From the NCBI GenBank assembly GCA_964057225.1, contig OZ059900.1:10850001-10914000 (forward strand): 64,000 bases of DNA, in the 5' to 3' direction. The position numbers and the translations under genes are program-made. The notes under the pieces are model-generated. The model ran no database searches and was not told the DNA's origin. It saw only the letters and a program-made list of their open reading frames with translations. Shown here piece after piece: positions 46,601 to 61,519 of this stretch. Positions within the stretch are counted from its first letter, which is position 1; the number at the start of each line of letters is the position of its first letter. Origin of the DNA: Auanema rhodensis (taxonomy: Eukaryota > Animalia > Nematoda).

Positions 46601-49600
46601 TGAATAATATAGTCTCCCTATTAAATCAGGTGGCTTGGCTTTATTTAGAAAATGATAGTTTGAATGGAGCATCCGTTGTCATAAAAAACAAAACTAACGA
46701 TCAAGATGAGATTCGAACTCACGCGGGGAAACCCCAATGGATTAGCAGTCCTTCGCCTTAACCACTCGGCCACCTGATCACAGGGTTTTTCCAAGAATAC
46801 TCTTACATAAACAAAGAAATTATTGTGAGAATAAATAACGTCAACAAATGAATAATATAGTCTTCCTATTAAATCAGGTGGCTTGGCTTTATTTAGAAAA
46901 TGATAGTTTGAATGGAGCATCCGTTGTCATAAAAAACAAAACTAACGATCAGGATGAGATTCGAACTCACGCGGGGAAACCCCAATGGATTAGCAGTCCA
47001 TCGCCTTAACCACTCGGCCACCTGATCACAGGGTTTTTCCAAGAATACTCTTACTTAAACAAAGAAATTATTGTGAGAATAAATAACGTCAACAAATGAA
47101 TAATATAGTCTTCCTATTAAATCAGGTGGATTGGCTTTATTCAGAAAATGATAGTTTGAATGGAGCATCCGTTGTCATAAAAAACAAAACTAACGATCAG
47201 GATGAGATTCGAACTCACGCGGGGAAACCCCAATGGATTAGCAGTCCATCGCCTTAACCACTCGGCCACCTGATCACAGGGTTTTTCCAAGAATACTCTT
47301 ACTTAAACAAAGAAATTATTGTGAGAATAAATAACGTCAACAAATGAATAATATAGTCTTCCTATTAAATCAGGTGGCTTGGCTTTATTCAGAAAATGAT
47401 AGTTTGAATGGAGCATCCGTTGTCATAAAAAACAAAACTAACGATCAGGATGAGATTCGAACTCACGCGGGGAAACCCCAATGGATTAGCAGTCCATCGC
47501 CTTAACCACTCGGCCACCTGATCACAGGGTTTTTCCAAGAATACTCTTACATAAACAAAGAAATTATTGTGAGAATAAATAACGTCAACAAATGAATAAT
47601 ATAGTCTTCCTATTAAATCAGGTGGCTTGGCTTTATTTAGAAAATGATAGTTTGAATGGAGCATCCGTTGTCATAAAAAACAAAACTAACGATCAGGATG
47701 AGATTCGAACTCACGCGGGGAAACCCCAATGGATTAGCAGTCCATCGCCTTAACCACTCGGCCACCTGATCACAGGGTTTTTCCAAGAATACTCTTACTT
47801 AAACAAAGAAATTATTGTGAGAATAAATAACGTCAACAAATGAATAATATAGTCTTCCTATTAAATCAGGTGGCTTGGCTTTATTCAGAAAATGATAGTT
47901 TGAATGGAGCATCCGTTGTCATAAAAAACAAAACTAACGATCAGGATGAGATTCGAACTCACGCGGGGAAACCCCAATGGATTAGCAGTCCATCGCCTTA
48001 ACCACTCGGCCACCTGATCACAGGGTTTTTCCAAGAATACTCTTACATAAACAAAGAAATTATTGTGAGAATAAATAACGTCAACAAATGAATAATATAG
48101 TCTTCCTATTGAATCAGGTGGCTTGGCTTTATTTAGAAAATGATAGTTTGAATGGAGCATCCGTTGTCATAAAAAACAAAACTAACGATCAGGATGAGAT
48201 TCGAACTCACGCGGGGAAACCCCAATGGATTAGCAGTCCATCGCCTTAACCACTCGGCCACCTGATCACAGGGTTTTTCCAAGAATAATCTTACATAAAC
48301 AAAGAAATTATTGTGAGAATAAATAACGTCAACAAATGAATAATATAGTCTTCCTATTAAATCAGGTGGCTTGGCTTTATTTAGAAAATGATAGTTTGAA
48401 TGGAGCATCCGTTGTCATAAAAAACAAAACTAACGATCAGGATGAGATTCGAACTCACGCGGGGAAACCCCAATGGATTAGCAGTCCATCGCCTTAACCA
48501 CTCGGCCACCTGATCACAGGGTTTTTCCAAGAATACTCTTACTTAAACAAAGAAATTATTGTGAGAATAAATAACGTCAACAAATGAATAATATAGTCTT
48601 CCTATTAAATCAGGTGGCTTGGCTTTATTTAGAAAATGATAGTTTGAATGGAGCATCCGTTGTCATAAAAAACAAAACTAACGATCAGGATGAGATTCGA
48701 ACTCACGCGGGGAAACCCCAATGGATTAGCAGTCCATCGCCTTAACCACTCGGCCACCTGATCACAGGGTTTTTCCAAGAATACTCTTACTTAAACAAAG
48801 AAATTATTGTGACAACAAATATCGTCAACAAACAAATAAGAAAGTCTTCCTGTTAAATCAGGTGGCTTGGCTTTATTTAGAAAATGATAGTTTGAATGGA
48901 GCATCCGTTGTCATAAAAAACAAAACTAACGATCAGGATGAGATTCGAAATCACGCGGGGAAACCCCAATGGATTAGCAGTCCATCGCCTTAACCACTCG
49001 GCCACCTGATCACAGGGTTTTTCCAAGAATACTCTTACATAAACAAAGAAATTATTGTGAGAATAAATAACGTCAACAAATGAATAATATAGTCTTCCTA
49101 TTAAATCAGGTGGCTTGGCTTTATTTAGAAAATGATAGTTTGAATGGAGCATCCGTTGTCATAAAAAACAAAACTAACGATCAGGATGAGATTCGAACTC
49201 ACGCGGGGAAACCCCAATGGATTAGCAGTCCATCGCCTTAACCACTCGGCCACCTGATCACAGGGTTTTTCCAAGAATAATCTTACATAAACAAAGAAAT
49301 TATTGTGAGAATAAATAACGTCAACAAATGAATAATATAGTCTTCCTATTAAATCAGGTGGCTTGGCTTTATTTAGAAAATGATAGTTTGAATGGAGCAT
49401 CCGTTGTCATAAAAAACAAAACTAACGATCAGGATGAGATTCGAACTCACGCGGGGAAACCCCAATGGATTAGCAGTCCATCGCCTTAACCACTCGGCCA
49501 CCTGATCACAGGGTTTTTCCAAGAATACTCTTACTTAAACAAAGAAATTATTGTGAGAATAAATAACGTCAACAAATGAATAATATAGTCTTCCTATTAA

Positions 49601-52600
49601 ATCAGGTGGCTTGGCTTTATTCAGAAAATGATAGTTTGAATGGAGCATCCGTTGTCATAAAAAACAAAACTAACGATCAGGATGAGATTCGAACTCACGC
49701 GGGGAAACCCCAATGGATTAGCAGTCCATCGCCTTAACCACTCGGCCACCTGATCACAGGGTTTTTCCAAGAATACTCTTACTTAAACAAAGAAATTATT
49801 GTGACAACAAATATCGTCAACAAACAAATAAGAAAGTCTTCCTGTTAAATCAGGTGGCTTGGCTTTATTTAGAAAATGATAGTTTGAATGGAGCATCCGT
49901 TGTCATAAAAAACAAAACTAACGATCAGGATGAGATTCGAACTCACGCGGGGAAACCCCAATGGATTAGCAGTCCATCGCCTTAACCACTCGGCCACCTG
50001 ATCACAGGGTTTTTCCAAGAATACTCTTACTTAAACAAAGAAATTATTGTGAGAATAAATAACGTCAACAAATGAATAATATAGTCTTCCTATTAAATCA
50101 GGTGGCTTGGCTTTATTCAGAAAATGATAGTTTGAATGGAGCATCCGTTGTCATAAAAAACAAAACTAACGATCAGGATGAGATTCGAACTCACGCGGGG
50201 AAACCCCAATGGATTAGCAGTCCATCGCCTTAACCACTCGGCCACCTGATCACAGGGTTTTTCCAAGAATACTCTTACTTAAACAAAGAAATTATTGTGA
50301 CAACAAATATCGTCAACAAACAAATAAGAAAGTCTTCCTGTTAAATCAGGTGGCTTGGCTTTATTTAGAAAATGATAGTTTGAATGGAGCATCCGTTGTC
50401 ATAAAAAACAAAACTAACGATCAGGATGAGATTCGAACTCACGCGGGGAAACCCCAATGTATTAGCAGTCCATCGTCTTAACCACTCGGCCACCTGATCA
50501 CAGGGTTTTTCCAAGAATACTCTTACATAAACAAAGAAATTATTGTGAGAATAAATAACGTCAACAAATGAATAATATAGTCTTCCTATTAAATCAGGTG
50601 GCTTGGCTTTATTTAGAAAATGATAGTTTGAATGGAGCATCCGTTGTCATAAAAAACAAAACTAACGATCAGGATGAGATTCGAACTCACGCGGGGAAAC
50701 CCCAATGGATTAGCAGTCCATCGCCTTAACCACTCGGCCACCTGATCACAGGGTTTTTCCAAGAATACTCTTACTTAAACAAAGAAATTATTGTGACAAC
50801 AAATATCGTCAACAAACAAATAAGAAAGTCTTCCTGTTAAATCAGGTGGCTTGGCTTCATTTAGAAAATGATAGTTTGAATGGAGCATCCGTTGTCATAA
50901 AAAACAAAACTAACGATCAGGATGAGATTCGAACTCACGCGGGGAAACCCCAATGTATTAGCAGTCCATCGTCTTAACCACTCGGCCACCTGATCACAGG
51001 GTTTTTCCAAGAATACTCTTACTTAAACAAAGAAATTATTGTGAGAATAAATAACGTCAACAAATGAATAATATAGTCTTCCTATTAAATCAGGTGGCTT
51101 GGCTTTATTTAGAAAATGATAGTTTGAATGGAGCATCCGTTGTCATAAAAAACAAAACTAACGATCAGGATGAGATTCGAACTCACGCGGGGAAACCCCA
51201 ATGTATTAGCAGTCCATCGTCTTAACCACTCGGCCACCTGATCACAGGGTTTTTCCAAGAATACTCTTACTTAAACAAAGAAATTATTGTGAGAATAAAT
51301 AACGTCAACAAATGAATAATATAGTCTTCCTATTAAATCAGGTGGCTTGGCTTCATTTAGAAAATGATAGTTTGAATGGAGCATCCGTTGTCATAAAAAA
51401 CAAAACTAACGATCAGGATGAGATTCGAACTCACGCGGGGAAACCCCAATGGATTAGCAGTCCATCGCCTTAACCACTCGGCCACCTGATCACAGGGTTT
51501 TTCCAAGAATACTCTTACTTAAACAAAGAAATTATTGTGAGAATAAATAACGTCAACAAATGAATAATATAGTCTTCCTATTAAATCAGGTGGCTTGGCT
51601 TTATTTAGAAAATGATAGTTTGAATGGAGCATCCGTTGTCATAAAAAACAAAACTAACGATCAGGATGAGATTCGAACTCACGCGGGGAAACCCCAATGT
51701 ATTAGCAGTCCATCGTCTTAACCACTCGGCCACCTGATCACAGGGTTTTTCCAAGAATACTCTTACTTAAACAAAGAAATTATTGTGAGAATAAATAACG
51801 TCAACAAATGAATAATATAGTCTTCCTATTAAATCAGGTGGCTTGGCTTCATTTAGAAAATGATAGTTTGAATGGAGCATCCGTTGTCATAAAAAACAAA
51901 ACTAACGATCAGGATGAGATTCGAACTCACGCGGGGAAACCCCAATGGATTAGCAGTCCATCGCCTTAACCACTCGGCCACCTGATCACAGGGTTTTTCC
52001 AAGAATACTCTTACTTAAACAAAGAAATTATTGTGAGAATAAATAACGTCAACAAATGAATAATATAGTCTTCCTATTAAATCAGGTGGCTTGGCTTTAT
52101 TTAGAAAATGATAGTTTGAATGGAGCATCCGTTGTCATAAAAAACAAAACTAACGATCAGGATGAGATTCGAACTCACGCGGGGAAACCCCAATGGATTA
52201 GCAGTCCATCGCCTTAACCACTCGGCCACCTGATCACAGGGTTTTTCCAAGAATACTCTTACTTAAACAAAGAAATTATTGTGACAACAAATATCGTCAA
52301 CAAACAAATAAGAAAGTCTTCCTGTTAAATCAGGTGGCTTGGCTTCATTTAGAAAATGATAGTTTGAATGGAGCATCCGTTGTCAAAAAAACAAAACTAA
52401 CGATCAGGATGAGATTCGAACTCACGCGGGGAAACCCCAATGGATTAGCAGTCCATCGCCTTAAACACTCGGCCACCTGATCACAGGGTTTTTCCAAGAA
52501 TACTCTTACATAAACAAAGAAATTATTGTGACAACAAATAACGTCAACAAATGAATAATATAGTCTTCCTATTAAATCAGGTGGCTTGGCTTCATTTAGA

Positions 52601-55600
52601 AAATGATAGTTTGAATGGAGCATCCGTTGTCATAAAAAACAAAACTAACGATCAGGATGAGATTCGAACTCACGCGGGGAAACCCCAATGGATTAGCAGT
52701 CCATCGCCTTAACCACTCGGCCACCTGATCACAGGGTTTTTCCAAGAATACTCTTACTTAAACAAAGAAATTATTGTGACAACAAATATCGTCAACAAAC
52801 AAATAAGAAAGTCTTCCTATTAAATCAGGTGGCTTGGCTTTATTTAGAAAATGATAGTTTGAATGGAGCATCCGTTGTCATAAAAAACAAAACTAACGAT
52901 CAGGATGAGATTCGAACTCACGCGGGGAAACCCCAATGGATTAGCTGTCCATCGCCTTAACCACTCGGCCACCTGATCACAGGGTTTTTCCAAGAATACT
53001 CTTACTTAAACAAAGAAATTATTGTGAGAATAAATAACGTCAACAAATGAATAATATAGTCTTCCTATTAAATCAGGTGGCTTGGCTTTATTTAGAAAAT
53101 GATAGTTTGAATGGAGCATCCGTTGTCATAAAAAACAAAACTAACGATCAGGATGAGATTCGAACTCACGCGGGGAAACCCCAATGGATTAGCAGTCCAT
53201 CGCCTTAACCACTCGGCCACCTGATCACAGGGTTTTTCCAAGAATACTCTTACTTAAACAAAGAAATTATTGTGAGAATAAATAACGTCAACAAATGAAT
53301 AATATAGTCTTCCTATTAAATCAGGTGGCTTGGCTTTATTTAGAAAATGATAGTTTGAATGGAGCATCCGTTGTCATAAAAAACAAAACTAACGATCAGG
53401 ATGAGATTCGAACTCACGCGGGGAAACCCCAATGGATTAGCAGTCCATCGCCTTAACCACTCGGCCACCTGATCACAGGGTTTTTCCAAGAATACTCTTA
53501 CTTAAACAAAGAAATTATTGTGAGAATAAATAACGTCAACAAATGAATAATATAGTCTTCCTATTAAATCAGGTGGCTTGGCTTTATTTAGAAAATGATA
53601 GTTTGAATGGAGCATCCGTTGTCATAAAAAACAAAACTAACGATGAGGATGAGATTCGAACTCACGCGGGGAAACCCCAATGGATTAGCAGTCCATCGCC
53701 TTAACCACTCGGCCACCTGATCACAGGGTTTTTCCAAGAATACTCTTACTTAAACAAAGAAATTTTGTGACAACAAATATCGTCAACAAACAAATAAGAA
53801 AGTCTTCCTGTTAAATCAGGTGGCTTGGCTTCATTTAGAAAATGATAGTTTGAATGGAGCATCCGTTGTCATAAAAAACAAAACTAACGATCAGGATGAG
53901 ATTCGAACTCACGCGGGGAAACCCCAATGGATTAGCAGTCCATCGCCTTAACCACTCGGCCACCTGATCACAGGGTTTTTCCAAGAATACTCTTACATAA
54001 ACAAAGAAATTATTGTGAGAATAAATAACGTCAACAAATGAATAATATAGTCTTCCTATTAAATCAGGTGGCTTGGCTTTATTTAGAAAATGATAGTTTG
54101 AATGGAGAATCCGTTGTCATAAAAAACAAAACTAACGATCAGGATGAGATTCGAACTCACGCGGGGAAACCCCAATGGATTAGCAGTCCATCGCCTTAAC
54201 CACTCGGCCACCTGATCACAGGGTTTTTCCAAGAATACTCTTACTTAAACAAAGAAATTATTGTGACAACAAATATCGTCAGCAAACAAATAAGAAAGTC
54301 TTCCTATCAAATCAGGTGGCTTGGCTTTATTTAGAAAATGATAGTTTGAATGGAGCATCCGTTGTCATAAAAAACAAAACTAACGATCAGGATGAGATTC
54401 GAACTCACGCGGGGAAACCCCAATGGATTAGCAGTCCATCGCCTTAACCACTCGGCCACCTGATCACAGGGTTTTTCCAAGAATACTCTTACTTAAACAA
54501 AGAAATTATTGTGAGAATAAATAACGTCAACAATGAATAATATAGTCTTCCTATTAAATCAGGTGGCTTGGCTTTATTTAGAAAATGATAGTTTGAATGG
54601 AGCATCCGTTGTCATAAAAAACAAAACTAACGATCAGGATGAGATTGGAACTCACGCGGGGAAACCCCAATGGATTAGCAGTCCATCGCCTTAACCACTC
54701 GGCCACCTGATCACAGGGTTTTTCCAAGAATACTCTTACTTGAACAAAGAAATTATTGTGACAACAAATATCGTCAACAAACAAATAAGAAAGTCTTCCT
54801 GTTAAATCAGGTGGCTTGGCTTCATTTAGAAAATGATAGTTTGAATGGAGCATCCGTTGTCATAAAAAACAAAACTAACGATCAGGATGAGATTCGAACT
54901 CACGCGGGGAAACCCCAATGGATTAGCAGTCCATCGCCTTAACCACTCGGCCACCTGATCACAGGGTTTTTCCAAGAATACTCTTACTTAAACAAAGAAA
55001 TTATTGTGACAACAAATATCGTCAGCAAACAAATAAGAAAGTCTTCCTATTAAATCAGGTGGCTTGGCTTTATTTAGAAAATGATAGTTTGAATGGAGCA
55101 TCCGTTGTCATAAAAAACAAAACTAACGATCAGGATGAGATTCGAACTCACGCGGGGAAACCCCAATGGATTAGCAGTCCATCGCCTTAACCACTCGGCC
55201 ACCTGATCACAGGGTTTTTCCAAGAATACTCTTACATAAACAAAGAAATTATTGTGAGAATAAATAACGTCAACAAATGAATAATATAGTCTTCCTATTA
55301 AATCAGGTGGCTTGGCTTTATTTAGAAAATGATAGTTTGAATGGAGCATCCGTTGTCATAAAAAACAAAACTAACGATCAGGATGAGATTCGAACTCACG
55401 CGGGGAAACCCCAATGGATTAGCAGTCCATCGCCTTAACCACTCGGCCACCTGATCACAGGGTTTTTCCAAGAATACTCTTACATAAACAAAGAAATTAT
55501 TGTGAGAATAAATAACGTCAACAAATGAATAATATAGTCTTCCTATTAAATCAGGTGGCTTGGCTTTATTTAGAAAATGATAGTTTGAATGGAGCATCCG

Positions 55601-58600
55601 TTGTCATAAAAAACAAAACTAACGATCAGGATGAGATTCGAACTCACGCGGGGAAACCCCAATGGATTAGCAGTCCATCGCCTTAACCACTCGGCCACCT
55701 GATCACAGGGTTTTTCCAAGAATACTCTTACTTAAACAAAGAAATTATTGTGAGAATAAATAACGTCAACAAATGAATAATATAGTCTTCCTATTAAATC
55801 AGGTGGCTTGGCTTTATTTAGAAAATGATAGTTTGAATGGAGCATCCGTTGTCATAAAAAACAAAACTAACGATCAGGATGAGATTGGAACTCACGCGGG
55901 GAAACCCCAATGGATTAGCAGTCCATCGCCTTAACCACTCGGCCACCTGATCACAGGGTTTTTCCAAGAATACTCTTACTTGAACAAAGAAATTATTGTG
56001 ACAACAAATATCGTCAACAAACAAATAAGAAAGTCTTCCTGTTAAATCAGGTGGCTTGGCTTCATTTAGAAAATGATAGTTTGAATGGAGCATCCGTTGT
56101 CATAAAAAACAAAACTAACGATCAGGATGAGATTCGAACTCACGCGGGGAAACCCCAATGGATTAGCAGTCCATCGCCTTAACCACTCGGCCACCTGATG
56201 ACAGGGTTTTTCCAAGAATACTCTTACATAAACAAAGAAATTATTGTGAGAATAAATAACGTCAACAAATGAATAATATAGTCTTCCTATTAAATCAGGT
56301 GGCTTGGCTTTATTTAGAAAATGATAGTTTGAATGGAGCATCCGTTGTCATAAAAAACAAAACTAACGATCAGGATGAGATTCGAACTCACGCGGGGAAA
56401 CCCCAATGGATTAGCAGTCCATCGCCTTAACCACTCGGCCACCTGATCACAGGGTTTTTCCAAGAATACTCTTACTTAAACAAAGAAATTATTGTGAGAA
56501 TAAATAACGTCAACAAATGAATAATATAGTCTTCCTATTAAATCAGGTGGCTTGGCTTTATTTAGAAAATGATAGTTTGAATGGAGCATCCGTTGTCATA
56601 AAAAACAAAACTAACGATCAGGATGAGATTGGAACTCACGCGGGGAAACCCCAATGGATTAGCAGTCCATCGCCTTAACCACTCGGCCACCTGATCACAG
56701 GGTTTTTCCAAGAATACTCTTACTTGAACAAAGAAATTATTGTGACAACAAATATCGTCAACAAACAAATAAGAAAGTCTTCCTGTTAAATCAGGTGGCT
56801 TGGCTTCATTTAGAAAATGATAGTTTGAATGGAGCATCCGTTGTCATAAAAAACAAAACTAACGATCAGGATGAGATTCGAACTCACGCGGGGAAACCCC
56901 AATGGATTAGCAGTCCATCGCCTTAACCACTCGGCCACCTGATCACAGGGTTTTTCCAAGAATACTCTTACATAAACAAAGAAATTATTGTGAGAATAAA
57001 TAACGTCAACAAATGAATAATATAGTCTTCCTATTAAATCAGGTGGCTTGGCTTTATTTAGAAAATGATAGTTTGAATGGAGCATCCGTTGTCATAAAAA
57101 ACAAAACTAACGATCAGGATGAGATTCGAACTCACGCGGGGAAACCCCAATGGATTAGCAGTCCATCGCCTTAACCACTCGGCCACCTGATCACAGGGTT
57201 TTTCCAAGAATACTCTTACTTAAACAAAGAAATTATTGTGAGAATAAATAACGTCAACAAATGAATAATATAGTCTTCCTATTAAATCAGGTGGCTTGGC
57301 TTTATTTAGAAAATGATAGTTTGAATGGAGCATCCGTTGTCATAAAAAACAAAACTAACGATCAGGATGAGATTCGAACTCACGCGGGGAAACCCCAATG
57401 GATTAGCAGTCCATCGCCTTAACCACTCGGCCACCTGATCACAGGGTTTTTCCAAGAATACTCTTACATAAACAAAGAAATTATTGTGAGAATAAATAAC
57501 GTCAACAAATGAATAATATAGTCTTCCTATTAAATCAGGTGGCTTGGCTTTATTTAGAAAATGATAGTTTGAATGGAGCATCCGTTGTCATAAAAAACAA
57601 AACTAACGATCAGGATGAGATTCGAACTCACGCGGGGAAACCCCAATGGATTAGCAGTCCATCGCCTTAACCACTCGGCCACCTGATCACAGGGTTTTTC
57701 CAAGAATACTCTTACATAAACAAAGAAATTATTGTGAGAATAAATAACGTCAACAAATGAATAATATAGTCTTCCTATTAAATCAGGTGGCTTGGCTTTA
57801 TTTAGAAAATGATAGTTTGAATGGAGCATCCGTTGTCATAAAAAACAAAACTAACGATCAGGATGAGATTCGAACTCACGCGGGGAAACCCCAATGGATT
57901 AGCAGTCCATCGCCTTAACCACTCGGCCACCTGATCACAGGGTTTTTCCAAGAATACTCTTACATAAACAAAGAAATTATTGTGAGAATAAATAACGTCA
58001 ACAAATGAATAATATAGTCTTCCTATTAAATCAGGTGGCTTGGCTTTATTTAGAAAATGATAGTTTGAATGGAGCATCCGTTGTCATAAAAAACAAAACT
58101 AACGATCAGGATGAGATTCGAACTCACGCGGGGAAACCCCAATGGATTAGCAGTCCATCGCCTTAACCACTCGGCCACCTGATCACAGGGTTTTTCCAAG
58201 AATACTCTTACATAAACAAAGAAATTATTGTGAGAATAAATAACGTCAACAAATGAATAATATAGTCTTCCTATTAAATCAGGTGGCTTGGCTTTATTTA
58301 GAAAATGATAGTTTGAATGGAGCATCCGTTGTCATAAAAAACAAAACTAACGATCAGGATGAGATTCGAACTCACGCGGGGAAACCCCAATGGATTAGCA
58401 GTCCATCGCCTTAACCACTCGGCCACCTGATCACAGGGTTTTTCCAAGAATACTCTTACTTAAACAAAGAAATTATTGTGAGAATAAATAACGTCAACAA
58501 ATGAATAATATAGTCTTCCTATTAAATCAGGTGGCTTGGCTTTATTTAGAAAATGATAGTTTGAATGGAGCATCCGTTGTCATAAAAAACAAAACTAACG

Positions 58601-61078
58601 ATCAGGATGAGATTGGAACTCACGCGGGGAAACCCCAATGGATTAGCAGTCCATCGCCTTAACCACTCGGCCACCTGATCACAGGGTTTTTCCAAGAATA
58701 CTCTTACTTGAACAAAGAAATTATTGTGACAACAAATATCGTCAACAAACAAATAAGAAAGTCTTCCTGTTAAATCAGGTGGCTTGGCTTCATTTAGAAA
58801 ATGATAGTTTGAATGGAGCATCCGTTGTCATAAAAAACAAAACTAACGATCAGGATGAGATTCGAACTCACGCGGGGAAACCCCAATGGATTAGCAGTCC
58901 ATCGCCTTAACCACTCGGCCACCTGATCACAGGGTTTTTCCAAGAATACTCTTACATAAACAAAGAAATTATTGTGAGAATAAATAACGTCAACAAATGA
59001 ATAATATAGTCTTCCTATTAAATCAGGTGGCTTGGCTTTATTTAGAAAATGATAGTTTGAATGGAGCATCCGTTGTCATAAAAAACAAAACTAACGATCA
59101 GGATGAGATTCGAACTCACGCGGGGAAACCCCAATGGATTAGCAGTCCATCGCCTTAACCACTCGGCCACCTGATCACAGGGTTTTTCCAAGAATACTCT
59201 TACATAAACAAAGAAATTATTGTGAGAATAAATAACGTCAACAAATGAATAATATAGTCTTCCTATTAAATCAGGTGGCTTGGCTTTATTTAGAAAATGA
59301 TAGTTTGAATGGAGCATCCGTTGTCATAAAAAACAAAACTAACGATCAGGATGAGATTCGAACTCACGCGGGGAAACCCCAATGGATTAGCAGTCCATCG
59401 CCTTAACCACTCGGCCACCTGATCACAGGGTTTTTCCAAGAATACTCTTACATAAACAAAGAAATTATTGTGAGAATAAATAACGTCAACAAATGAATAA
59501 TATAGTCTTCCTATTAAATCAGGTGGCTTGGCTTTATTTAGAAAATGATAGTTTGAATGGAGCATCCGTTGTCATAAAAAACAAAACTAACGATCAGGAT
59601 GAGATTCGAACTCACGCGGGGAAACCCCAATGGATTAGCAGTCCATCGCCTTAACCACTCGGCCACCTGATCACAGGGTTTTTCCAAGAATACTCTTACT
59701 TAAACAAAGAAATTATTGTGAGAATAAATAACGTCAACAAATGAATAATATAGTCTTCCTATTAAATCAGGTGGCTTGGCTTTATTTAGAAAATGATAGT
59801 TTGAATGGAGCATCCGTTGTCATAAAAAACAAAACTAACGATCAGGATGAGATTCGAACTCACGCGGGGAAACCCCAATGGATTAGCAGTCCATCGCCTT
59901 AACCACTCGGCCACCTGATCACAGGGTTTTTCCAAGAATACTCTTACTTGAACAAAGAAATTATTGTGACAACAAATATCGTCAACAAACAAATAAGAAA
60001 GTCTTCCTGTTAAATCAGGTGGCTTGGCTTCATTTAGAAAATGATAGTTTGAATGGAGCATCCGTTGTCATAAAAAACAAAACTAACGATCAGGATGAGA
60101 TTCGAACTCACGCGGGGAAACCCCAATGGATTAGCAGTCCATCGCCTTAACCACTCGGCCACCTGATCACAGGGTTTTTCCAAGAATACTCTTACATAAA
60201 CAAAGAAATTATTGTGAGAATAAATAACGTCAACAAATGAATAATATAGTCTTCCTATTAAATCAGGTGGCTTGGCTTTATTTAGAAAATGATAGTTTGA
60301 ATGGAGCATCCGTTGTCATAAAAAACAAAACTAACGATCAGGATGAGATTCGAACTCACGCGGGGAAACCCCAATGGATTAGCAGTCCATCGCCTTAACC
60401 ACTCGGCCACCTGATCACAGGGTTTTTCCAAGAATACTCTTACTTAAACAAAGAAATTATTGTGAGAATAAATAACGTCAACAAATGAATAATATAGTCT
60501 TCCTATTAAATCAGGTGGCTTGGCTTTATTTAGAAAATGATAGTTTGAATGGAGCATCCGTTGTCATAAAAAACAAAACTAACGATCAGGATGAGATTCG
60601 AACTCACGCGGGGAAACCCCAATGGATTAGCAGTCCATCGCCTTAACCACTCGGCCACCTGATCACAGGGTTTTTCCAAGAATACTCTTACTTGAACAAA
60701 GAAATTATTGTGACAACAAATATCGTCAACAAACAAATAAGAAAGTCTTCCTGTTAAATCAGGTGGCTTGGCTTCATTTAGAAAATGATAGTTTGAATGG
60801 AGCATCCGTTGTCATAAAAAACAAAACTAACGATCAGGATGAGATTCGAACTCACGCGGGGAAACCCCAATGGATTAGCAGTCCATCGCCTTAACCACTC
60901 GGCCACCTGATCACAGGGTTTTTCCAAGAATACTCTTACATAAACAAAGAAATTATTGTGAGAATAAATAACGTCAACAAATGAATAATATAGTCTTCCT
61001 ATTAAATCAGGTGGCTTGGCTTTATTTAGAAAATGATAGTTTGAATGGAGCATCCGTTGTCATAAAAAACAAAACTAA

Positions 61079-61160
61079 CGATCAGGATGAGATTCGAACT
61101 CACGCGGGGAAACCCCAATGGATTAGCAGTCCATCGCCTTAACCACTCGGCCACCTGATC
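61079..61160 (-). tRNA. tRNA-Ser(GCT), last array copy
   Basis: Identical to the consensus copy. Confidence 0.97.
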
Positions 61161-61236
61161 ACAGGGTTTTTCCAAGAATACTCTTACTTAAACAAAGAAA
61201 TTATTGTGAGAATAAATAACGTCAACAAATGAATAA

Positions 61237-61519
61237 TGTTACATACATATCTCAAAGGAAAGCAGCTGACCATGGCAGCTGCTATTATTAAACTAATGCA
61301 GATAGTTTTTAAGCAATTCTGAGAATATTCTAGATGCACTTTTTATAAGCTTTGTAATATTTTGTGTAAACTGAGTAGGAGTTGTATGGATATATAAACC
61401 TGAGTCCTCAAGACTCAGGCATCTCATCATCTCATTATCTCATTATCTTACTTTCTCTTTATCTTCTTTATATTCGCTCTCTTAACTCTAGCTTTAGTCT
61501 TTGTATAATTATATTATAA
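61237..61519 (+). mobile_element. 3'-truncated LTR of a second copy of the same element
   Basis: Begins TGTTACATACATATCTC and matches 12764-~13038, then breaks into pol sequence. Confidence 0.92.

Larger units (their letters stand above)
13181..61236 (-). repeat. Tandem array of a 248-bp unit, ~194 copies, each with one tRNA-Ser(GCT) gene
   Basis: First and last tRNA copies start at 13288 and 61079. Correcting for observed indels (two 35-bp deletions, one +1, four -1) gives exactly 193 x 248 bp, i.e. 194 genes. Confidence 0.97.

Noticed and set aside
52921-52960. Possible anticodon-switched tRNA copy
   Set aside because: The change maps to U33; the anticodon remains GCT.
13731-61053. Dozens of 91-99-aa minus-strand ORFs (MLHSNYHF...)
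   Set aside because: They are translations through the tRNA gene and spacer. Presence depends on single spacer SNPs, and they overlap adjacent units. Not protein genes.
13181-61236. CRISPR-like or retron-like array next to a reverse transcriptase
   Set aside because: Spacers are near-identical rather than unique, the repeated element is a eukaryotic tRNA gene, there are no cas genes, and the RT is a Ty3/gypsy Pol.
12764-61519. LTRs at 12764 and 61237 as the two ends of one element that captured the tRNA array
   Set aside because: The first is a 3' LTR with no PBS after it. The second has no PPT before it and is followed by pol. They are separate insertions bracketing the array.
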